DNA from: a virus
Taxonomy: Duplodnaviria > Caudoviricetes
DNA: 64,000 nucleotides
Virus record (IMG/VR): IMGVR_UViG_3300032092_000009
Location: 32,001 to 96,000 of that record
Strand: one strand, 5' to 3'
The notes beneath the pieces are model-generated. The model saw nothing but the letters and a program-made list of their open reading frames with translations. It had not been told where the DNA came from and ran no database searches. Numbering within the stretch: position 1 is the first letter of the stretch; each line of letters opens with the position of its first letter. Below, in pieces: positions 56,266 through 64,000 of the stretch. A program made the translations under genes and the position numbers.

Positions 56266-59200
56266 ATGCCTAAAGAACCTTTATACAACTTACCTCCTAA
56301 AAGTGGTATCTTAACTACTCGTACAGTAGAGTTAGGAAATACTGCAGCATCAAGGTCATTAGCTTATAATGAGATTAGTGCTCAGAATACTAGTGCAAGG
56401 ATAGCACAGGAAGCACAGCAGAAAGAAGCTGCTAGGTTAAAAGCAGCTAACGATGCAAAGGTTGATGGAGCATTAGAAGTAGCCGCTAAAATAAACTTAG
56501 AAACTGCAGGTGCTCTTAAACCTGGTACTTTTTTTCCTCCTCCATCTGCTAGAGGTACTATGGGTCCTCAGTTAACTGCTGAGTATCAAATGGTAAACCA
56601 AGAGAAGAATCGGTCTAAGCAAATCATCACCCAGAGTTTTGCTGAGAAAGATCCTATTTCTGAAGAGTTGAATAAAAAAATTGGGCAAGTAGAAGACGAA
56701 CTAGACTCTATTGTTTCTAGTAAACAAAGCGGTTCACTAATGACTACTGGATCTTCTGCAGAAGTAGGTGGAAGTGCAGGTTTATTTTTACAAGACTTTA
56801 TTAAAGAACAGGCACTAGGAAAAGATGTTAGTATAGAAAGAGAAAAGGAGTTAAGAAATACTCTTTCAAATCTTAGTCAAGCTCAAGTAAATATTAATAA
56901 GTTTAAGACAGACATTCAGTTAGCAAAAGCTACTGAAGACTATTTGCTTAATCTTAAAGGAAAAGGACAGAAGCTAGATCAAAATACTATCAAAGGGCTA
57001 GTAGACGTATCTAAAGACATAGTAGCAAAACAGAGAGCAGCTACAAGAGGGGACGAATTATATAATCCTGATACTTACGAAACTTATATGACTCAGATTA
57101 AAGGAAACAATGATTTCTTTGACTGGAGGCATACTGATATTAGTATAGGAAGTACTCTTGAAGCTGTACACAATAAAATTAAAGAAGATCCAAGTAAGGC
57201 AAAGGAATTAATACCTGTCTTAAACGAACTTCAAACTGCCTATAAGCAGCACGAGAAGACTAATAGGGATGCTTATGATAACTATTACGGAGCACAAAAA
57301 AGGTATTTAAAAGAAGGAATGGCAGGTAGCACCTACCTGAAGAGTCAAGTATTAGGTTCTGCAGCTGAGGGTATTTATAACTTTACTTCTCCTTTTATTA
57401 CTACTAGTTTAGATTTATTAGGTCTTCGTAAAACTGCATTTGAAGCAAGACAAGCTAAAGATAAAACTTATTCTGGTGCTGTATTGTATGCTGACCTTAA
57501 TAAGGACCAACAACTTGATGAAAGAGATTGGGACATACACAAAAATTATCAACGAGTAGGACAAGACGTTACTTATATAAAACAAGATGGAAGTAGAGGA
57601 TACCTTGCAGAGTCTGTTTTAGGTGCTTCAGTAAGAACATTAGCAGAAATGGCTCCAACACTTTTTCTTACTCGAGGATTAATGGGGGTTGGGATGGGAG
57701 CACGTGCTGCTACATTTCTTCCTGTTGCTGTCTCTTCTGGAGTAAGATCTTTTGAAGAGAATAAGAAGTGGTATAAAGATAAAACAAATGCTGCAGTAGT
57801 AGGAACTCTTCAAGGAATTATTGAAGGTGCTACTGAATCTATTGTTCCCGATATCAATTACTTTTTGGGTAATAAGAAACTTGCAACTAAGGCATTGGGA
57901 GCAAGTGAGAAGAAGTACTTTATTGCTCAAACTTTAGTTCCTGAATTTACTAATCTCTCTACCGCTGCTAAAAACTTTTTAACAAGTTCTGGTTATGCAG
58001 CAAAGGCTGTTGCCTCTCAGTCTCTACAGGAAGGATTTGAGGAAGAGATCTCTATGTTTGCTAATTACTTTTTAGATAAAGTTTACAAAACCAAAGACGA
58101 TCAGTTTGGAGAAAAGCCTCAAGAACTTGACGACTCTAGCATCTTAGGTTTTGGAAGTTCAATGATTACAACATTTATTAACTCAGCTGCTTCTGGTCTA
58201 CTTATGTCTGGCGCATCTATTGTAGCTTCTCGTAATCAAGATAGGAACTATATGCGATTTAACATTGCAAATAATCCTGAGTTATTTAAACAAGAACTTA
58301 CTAAACAACTTCAAAACAAGCAGATTACTCAAGATCAATATAACAGAGGTATCTTAGAGACTGGTCGCTTAACTCAGTTGAAGGAACAGGCTAATAGTAC
58401 TATGATGAATCTAGTTGATGCAGGTACATTGCTAGAGGACAAAGATCAACAGTATGACTACTTTTCTAGACTATTAACTAGGGATGACTTGTTACAAAAA
58501 GTAGATTACAACTCTCTGTCTGATGAAGACAAAGCAGAGTACGTTAAGCAAGTAGAGAAAGTAGAAAAAGAAATAAACTCTTACGAAAATCTAGCTAAGC
58601 AGTATGCTGAAATGCCTCAAGAAAAGAAAGAGGGGGTATTGGCTAAGATGGTACAGAGACAACTAGACACTATACAGAATACTAATAGTCCTGAAGCCCT
58701 CGCTAAAAACTTGGAAGACATTGATGATGCTATCCAGGTAGGTGAGAAGACGGGTAAAGGCTCTCCTATTATGGTTTCTGGTAGACAGCAAATAAGAGAA
58801 GCTGTAATTGCTCGTATGGAACAATTACAAAAAGTTGAGGATAATGGTAATACTGTATTTGAGAATCAACTACTAGACACTCCAGTAGAGTCTATGGGTG
58901 AGTCTATGCAGGTTAGCAATACTGTGCGTTTAGAGAAACTTTTGTTAGAGAATGATAGGATGGTTAGTCCTGCAGTAAAACAAGAGCTTAGAAGTCGTAT
59001 AGCAAATGCTTCTCGTGTTGCACAAGAAAGACTTAACGAACTCCCTAAGAAAGAGCAAAGAAAAGTAATTGCAAGAGAATTAGCACGTGTAGAACTCTTA
59101 CATCCAGGTACTGCATTTAGTGATGAAAGACTTAAGACATTGTTTGGTATGGAGTTTACTCCAGAAGAAAAGTCTGAAGTGATTAGAGAAACTGCAGTAA

Positions 59201-60954
59201 CTTTATCTAGAGAGAAAGAGAAGATTGAAGATGAGGAAGTACTGCAACCTGCAGAAAAGGATATTGTGATGGATGCTTTGATTAAATCGTTTGAGTCTGA
59301 GCCATTAGAGATACAGGTAGAGAATGAACAAGGCAACCTAGAAAGAGTAAGAAATGAAGAAAGAGTAAACAGAGAGAGGAGAGCAATCTTTGCTATTCCT
59401 AGATCTAAATCTAAAGACCAAGCTAAAGGTAGAATTAAATCTATCTTTAAGGCAATGGGCTATAGTTCTGAGGACATTAACAAGGCTCTAGAAGATATTA
59501 ATAAAGTCTTTGATAATGAGGAAGTTACAGAACCTGGAGATATCTATAGTTCTTACTTAAGATTTCTAGATTCTAATTTGCTTAAAGGTTTACCTGACAA
59601 AGCAGTTACCGAGGAAGTTATAGTAGAAGAAGCTGTTGTAACACCAGAAACTCCTGGAACACCTACTGAAACACCTACAGAAGTAGTTGCTGAAGTAGTT
59701 CCTAGTACTACCGAAGAAGATGAGTTGTTTGGAACTAACGAGGAGATTGATGCTGCAAGAGAAAAGAAATTAGGAATACCTGAAGTAGATCCTGCAGATC
59801 AAGTAGTAGTTGAGACTCCTGTTGTTGTAGAGGATGAGTTCGATGGCTTAGAGGTTGTTCCTGTAAGTACTATCACCTCCCCTGAGTTAGTACATACTAC
59901 TCCTACTGTATTTACTAGTAGTAATTCTGGAGTACAGGGTTCCATCATGAGGACTATGAGCAACTCTATAGAGTCTTATAGTCTTAAGTTGATGGATATG
60001 TTCTCTTTTATTAGAGAGACTTTAGGCGAGTCAGCTATGTCTAGCCTAGAGAACATATATAATAGTGTAACAGAGGCGCTTAAAACGCAAGATAAAGAGG
60101 CTATTGATAAACTTAAAGAAGACTATTTGTCTGTATTTAGTGGAAGTACATTTGCTCCCGAACAATTAGAGTACATTTGGAATGAGCAATACGTTAAAGG
60201 TAAGCCTGATGCTTCTGTTCCGTTTCAAGAAGTAGCTTATGTTACTAACCCTCAGTTTGCATTAGCATACAAAGACGAGGAAGTAAGTGTTGCTGCAGTA
60301 AATAAAAGTACAGGAGAGTTGTTTGTCTACAAAGCAAAAGTAACAGGTAACGTAAATGACTCTAATCAGATTGAAGTTAAGACTGCTAAAGGTGCTTTAG
60401 TTTACGTTAAGAAGAGTAGCATTCAAGCTGGTAAGGTTATACCTATTAATGTAAGAGTTAACTTTAATCAAACTAACTCTGTAATGATGACAGCAGTAGA
60501 TAGGACTAGCGGAGAGATTGCTAAGTTTAATTCTAACGGAGAAAGAGATTCTCAAGGAGATACCCAGTTAAATGTATTTGCTCCTAAAGAAAATGCTACA
60601 ATAAAAGAAGTAAAAAAGAATCTTGCTTCAGGTCAACCTATTGCTCATACTCTTCCTATTCACACAGGTCCTAGAATCAATACTGCTGCCGCTTATAGAA
60701 AAGGAAAGAACTCTGTTTACTTAACTGCATCAGTTGCAGGCATTGATACTAATATTCAGACAGTGACTCCAGTAGAGTTAGAAGTAGTGTCAGAGGTAGC
60801 AGTAGAGCCAGAAGTGACTACTAATTTAAATGCAGATGAATTAGCGATTCTTTCTTTTGATGTTAGTGCACTAGAGAACCTTGAGAGTGCTGCTGAGTCC
60901 TTAGATCAAAATACAGGACAAGAGATTGATAATGCAGGAAGCTGCAAACTTTAA
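56266..60954 (+). CDS. Large virion cargo / ejection protein, 1562 aa
   Basis: Gly/Ala hydrophobic stretches with EGATE and EGFEE..Q-type motifs, coiled coils, acidic linkers. Confidence 0.65.
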   Translation: MPKEPLYNLPPKSGILTTRTVELGNTAASRSLAYNEISAQNTSARIAQEAQQKEAARLKAANDAKVDGALEVAAKINLETAGALKPGTFFPPPSARGTMGPQLTAEYQMVNQEKNRSKQIITQSFAEKDPISEELNKKIGQVEDELDSIVSSKQSGSLMTTGSSAEVGGSAGLFLQDFIKEQALGKDVSIEREKELRNTLSNLSQAQVNINKFKTDIQLAKATEDYLLNLKGKGQKLDQNTIKGLVDVSKDIVAKQRAATRGDELYNPDTYETYMTQIKGNNDFFDWRHTDISIGSTLEAVHNKIKEDPSKAKELIPVLNELQTAYKQHEKTNRDAYDNYYGAQKRYLKEGMAGSTYLKSQVLGSAAEGIYNFTSPFITTSLDLLGLRKTAFEARQAKDKTYSGAVLYADLNKDQQLDERDWDIHKNYQRVGQDVTYIKQDGSRGYLAESVLGASVRTLAEMAPTLFLTRGLMGVGMGARAATFLPVAVSSGVRSFEENKKWYKDKTNAAVVGTLQGIIEGATESIVPDINYFLGNKKLATKALGASEKKYFIAQTLVPEFTNLSTAAKNFLTSSGYAAKAVASQSLQEGFEEEISMFANYFLDKVYKTKDDQFGEKPQELDDSSILGFGSSMITTFINSAASGLLMSGASIVASRNQDRNYMRFNIANNPELFKQELTKQLQNKQITQDQYNRGILETGRLTQLKEQANSTMMNLVDAGTLLEDKDQQYDYFSRLLTRDDLLQKVDYNSLSDEDKAEYVKQVEKVEKEINSYENLAKQYAEMPQEKKEGVLAKMVQRQLDTIQNTNSPEALAKNLEDIDDAIQVGEKTGKGSPIMVSGRQQIREAVIARMEQLQKVEDNGNTVFENQLLDTPVESMGESMQVSNTVRLEKLLLENDRMVSPAVKQELRSRIANASRVAQERLNELPKKEQRKVIARELARVELLHPGTAFSDERLKTLFGMEFTPEEKSEVIRETAVTLSREKEKIEDEEVLQPAEKDIVMDALIKSFESEPLEIQVENEQGNLERVRNEERVNRERRAIFAIPRSKSKDQAKGRIKSIFKAMGYSSEDINKALEDINKVFDNEEVTEPGDIYSSYLRFLDSNLLKGLPDKAVTEEVIVEEAVVTPETPGTPTETPTEVVAEVVPSTTEEDELFGTNEEIDAAREKKLGIPEVDPADQVVVETPVVVEDEFDGLEVVPVSTITSPELVHTTPTVFTSSNSGVQGSIMRTMSNSIESYSLKLMDMFSFIRETLGESAMSSLENIYNSVTEALKTQDKEAIDKLKEDYLSVFSGSTFAPEQLEYIWNEQYVKGKPDASVPFQEVAYVTNPQFALAYKDEEVSVAAVNKSTGELFVYKAKVTGNVNDSNQIEVKTAKGALVYVKKSSIQAGKVIPINVRVNFNQTNSVMMTAVDRTSGEIAKFNSNGERDSQGDTQLNVFAPKENATIKEVKKNLASGQPIAHTLPIHTGPRINTAAAYRKGKNSVYLTASVAGIDTNIQTVTPVELEVVSEVAVEPEVTTNLNADELAILSFDVSALENLESAAESLDQNTGQEIDNAGSCKL

Positions 60955-60984
60955 TTAAAAAAGAGTAAAAGTACTAAACTAAAG

Positions 60985-60992
60985 TATATTTG
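60985..60992 (+). promoter_or_regulatory. -7 promoter element immediately before the giant ORF
   Basis: TATATTTG ends 5 nt before ATG 60998; no TTG at -33. Confidence 0.45.
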
Positions 60993-60997
60993 TAAAG

Positions 60998-63900
60998 ATG
61001 GCAAAAATAATCTGCCCTACCAGGGAAAATAAAGACTTTTCAAACTTAAGCAATGCTCTTGGTAGTGATGCCTTGGCTAGATATGTATGGTATAAGAATA
61101 GCAATCTTCCTTTAAACTTAACTGAGGATGCTGAAGGTAATATTGTTTCTAGTGAGATCTACGATAGAATCTTAAACGAAGTTGCAGATGGTAATGAAAG
61201 TCTTGCTTTAGGGATTACTGCTATCATGCACTATCCTAGCTTCCAAGAGAAGTATGGAGAAGAAGACCCTGCTTTTACTGTAGACTACATTAAGCAAGAA
61301 GCACAAGATAAAGCAGATAAAGCAGCTAAGAGACAAGCACAACTTCTTGAAGAAAAGATTATTCCAGGCACCAAGACTCTTTATATTCAGTCTCCTGAAG
61401 GTGATGTTATCTATACTCAAGAAGAAGGAAAAGAAATTTTTGACAGTCTAGAGTACCTTGCCTCTACTAAGAAGAGTTGGAAAGCAGTATTAGATGCTTT
61501 AGCAGAAAGATTTACAGACATCCAAGCTAAAATTAAGAATAGTGCAGTTGATCCTGAGTCTAATGTTACTCCACAAGAAATTGCCATTGCTAAAAACTTA
61601 GTTAATATTCTTAAGAACTGGCCCCAAGTAAAAGCTTGGTATCTTAGTCAGGATACAAACTTTGGCTTAGAGTTGACTGAAGACGAAGTTAATCCAGATA
61701 CAGGAGGAAACGTCTACAATAAGAATGCACATGATCGTAGTCAGATGGATCTAGCATCTGCTCAAGTTATTAAACTAGTACAGTCTCTTCCCAAATACAA
61801 TAAACTTACTACACAGAATCGTAAGGATGTAAAGTCAGGAAAGAAAAGTATTACTGATTTCCAAGTTATAAGTAACCTTACAGGTTTTCCTATTGTAGGA
61901 AACTTCTCTACTAACTGGAATGTACTTACTTCTAGTTTATCTGGAATTACTAAGTACGATAAGATTCTCGAAGAGTTGACAGTTGTTGCTCAAGAATATC
62001 CTCAGTTTAGAGATTTGGTTAACATGCTTCCAAAGGAAGATGTACAAGATGTTGACTTGAATACAGCAAACTTTGTAGCCTCATTTGTACAAACAGTATC
62101 TCTCCCTGAGATTGCTGCTTACCAATTATCTATAGGTAAAAAGAATGACGGTAAACAAACTAAGGTTGTTACTAAGACCTTTCAATTAGGTACTAGAACA
62201 GTTGACAACCTTATTAAGTATTTTGACGAAGACTACTTTAGGTCTAATCCTAAATATGGAATGCTTAACGATGAGGGAAAGACTGTACTTAACATCCCTA
62301 AGATTCTAGAAGACTTTGCCAATATTAAAGACATTAGGGCATTTTTTGCTAATGAAGGAGATATAAACTCTGCTGAAGGTATAAAATTACTGTACAATAT
62401 CCATAAGTTTTATAATGCTTTAGGAGTTATACCTACTAACGCTCTTTATTTAAAAGACAAAAAAGCACTATATGCCTTCTTGAAGGACAATACTTTTCAT
62501 GTAAGAGAACTTTACGATAAGTTAGAGGCAAGTAAAGATAACAAAACAGTTACTCAACCTCTTCAGTTTTTGTCTCGTCCTCAAGGAAGTGGAAAAGCAT
62601 TAGGTCCTAAGTTTGATATCATTAACTCTATCGTAGGATACTACGGTAAGTTTGAAAGAGAGTTTGCTTCTGGTTCTTACTTTAACCCTGAAGACAAACT
62701 ACAATACAATCGTGTACAATACTTCTATCTAACTCAAGTAACTAATGCACTTAACAATGTAGCAAGTTATAACGAGTTAATTGCTATGCCAGAGTTTGCT
62801 CACCTAGACGTAAGATTGAATCCTAATATATTAGGTTCTGTATGGCTAGAGAGGATGTTTGGTATCAGCATTAAAGGTAAGACACCTGGCCAACTAAAGA
62901 AGGACTTGGATGCGGGTAAGCAGTTTCCTAGACTTAAAACTAAGTTTAGTAAAGAACCATTTAAGATAAACATTGTAAACTACTCAGGTCTGAGTATTGA
63001 TGCAGATGTTAAGGAGGGTATAACTACTACTGAGCTTACCTCAGAAGATAAGATTGTACAAGACTTTTTATCTTTCTTTGGTTCTGGTATAGTTGAGAAC
63101 ATTCGTTTTGGTGATAAAGGAACTTCTTATGCTACAGTTACCTCAGGTAAGGTAGAGGAAAGGATTTACATTCCTCTTAACTCTGACGTACTTGGTATGA
63201 TGGAGAAGCCTAGTTCTGTTATAGAACAGTCTTTGGTAGATCAGTTTAATGCTTATCTTACTTCAGAAGTCTTTCGTGTACTTGCCGTAAACAAAGAAAC
63301 TAAGAAGAATACATACACTAAGAATGGCAGACAGTTATTCTTATTTAAAGATATCATCCCTAAGGAAGACTACGATGCTTTGACAAGTGAAGACAGTAAC
63401 GTAGTAAAAGAAGCTTATGCAAGAGTATCTAGTAATCTTCCAACCTACTTAGGTCAATACTTCACTAAACAGACTCAAGAGTATAAGAAGCGTCTGATGG
63501 ATTCTGTACTTGGAGACAACACTGCTATCAAGACAACTATTACCGAAGAACAGAAAGAAGAACAATTGGTAAACTCTTTATCTGCTTTGGGATTTGTAGA
63601 TCCTGCTTTATTTAAAAAGAATCAACTTACTAAGCAAAACTTAGACTACGTTATTGCAAACTACCTTAAGAATGACTTTATCCATAAAGCAGAGTTCATG
63701 AAGGTATTTGTAGGAGACATTTCTAACTTCCAAGTTAAAGGTGACTTCCGTGAGGTATTCAAACGTATTCCTCTTACATCTTCTCCTGGCTTTATCTTCC
63801 AAGATAATCCAGTAGTGATGTCTCACTTAAACAATAGTAGTGCAACTAACGGACTACATAAAGCGCTTACAGGAGCTGCACAGAAGTTCCGTAAGACTGT

Positions 63901-64000
63901 AAGGACTGTTATCTTTAATGATGTCAACACATTCAGTAAAGAAGACTGGCCTACTTATAGAAATGCTTTAGGTCTTCCTGATACCATGGAGTATCAAGAG
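60998..64000 (+). CDS. Giant ORF truncated by the window end (>1001 aa), probable virion RNA polymerase subunit
   Basis: Absent from the ORF track, consistent with no stop before the window end. Starts MAKIICPTRENK; frame is open wherever checked; FVGD..F..KRIPLTSSPG near 63710-63790; position matches crAss-like vRNAP. The catalytic DxDxD motif was not seen in the window. Confidence 0.6.
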   Translation, partial: MAKIICPTRENKDFSNLSNALGSDALARYVWYKNSNLPLNLTEDAEGNIVSSEIYDRILNEVADGNESLALGITAIMHYPSFQEKYGEEDPAFTVDYIKQEAQDKADKAAKRQAQLLEEKIIPGTKTLYIQSPEGDVIYTQEEGKEIFDSLEYLASTKKSWKAVLDALAERFTDIQAKIKNSAVDPESNVTPQEIAIAKNLVNILKNWPQVKAWYLSQDTNFGLELTEDEVNPDTGGNVYNKNAHDRSQMDLASAQVIKLVQSLPKYNKLTTQNRKDVKSGKKSITDFQVISNLTGFPIVGNFSTNWNVLTSSLSGITKYDKILEELTVVAQEYPQFRDLVNMLPKEDVQDVDLNTANFVASFVQTVSLPEIAAYQLSIGKKNDGKQTKVVTKTFQLGTRTVDNLIKYFDEDYFRSNPKYGMLNDEGKTVLNIPKILEDFANIKDIRAFFANEGDINSAEGIKLLYNIHKFYNALGVIPTNALYLKDKKALYAFLKDNTFHVRELYDKLEASKDNKTVTQPLQFLSRPQGSGKALGPKFDIINSIVGYYGKFEREFASGSYFNPEDKLQYNRVQYFYLTQVTNALNNVASYNELIAMPEFAHLDVRLNPNILGSVWLERMFGISIKGKTPGQLKKDLDAGKQFPRLKTKFSKEPFKINIVNYSGLSIDADVKEGITTTELTSEDKIVQDFLSFFGSGIVENIRFGDKGTSYATVTSGKVEERIYIPLNSDVLGMMEKPSSVIEQSLVDQFNAYLTSEVFRVLAVNKETKKNTYTKNGRQLFLFKDIIPKEDYDALTSEDSNVVKEAYARVSSNLPTYLGQYFTKQTQEYKKRLMDSVLGDNTAIKTTITEEQKEEQLVNSLSALGFVDPALFKKNQLTKQNLDYVIANYLKNDFIHKAEFMKVFVGDISNFQVKGDFREVFKRIPLTSSPGFIFQDNPVVMSHLNNSSATNGLHKALTGAAQKFRKTVRTVIFNDVNTFSKEDWPTYRNALGLPDTMEYQE

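Noticed and set aside
1-64000. Stop-codon reassignment (TAG or TGA), known in some crAss-like phages
   Set aside because: Genes are long and intact in the standard code; TGA ends genes in ATGA overlaps and TAG ends the gene at 26727.

Overview
A 64 kb, AT-rich, almost entirely + strand segment of a large tailed phage. Gene order points to a crAss-like (Crassvirales-type) podophage, and the host is inferred to be Bacteroidota: many TTG-N19..21-TAnnTTTG promoters, A-rich leaders without Shine-Dalgarno, Gln at +1 after signal peptides, and a T9SS C-terminal sorting domain. Layout: (1) 1-19 kb, mosaic tail fibre/spike genes up to 2399 aa plus probable chaperones; (2) 19-20 kb, holin-like and endolysin-like genes; (3) 20.1-26.7 kb, a tightly coupled operon of exported proteins: HExxH peptidase, cohesin-dockerin-cohesin-T9SS protein, CsgG-like lipoprotein, probable beta-barrel with a nested overprinted gene, and C-type lectin-dockerin protein. 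This is the best candidate for an undescribed system; (4) a ~350 nt structured non-coding stretch; (5) 27.5-50 kb, the packaging/virion core (IHF-like, TerL, portal, scaffold, major capsid, ring, auxiliary capsid, Cys-rich proteins, muzzle); (6) 50-64 kb, a ferritin-like gene, small basic proteins punctuated by a hydrophobic-x-x-G-G motif, and giant cargo proteins, ending in a truncated ORF that is probably the virion RNA polymerase. All calls come from reading motifs and synteny by eye; no database search was run.
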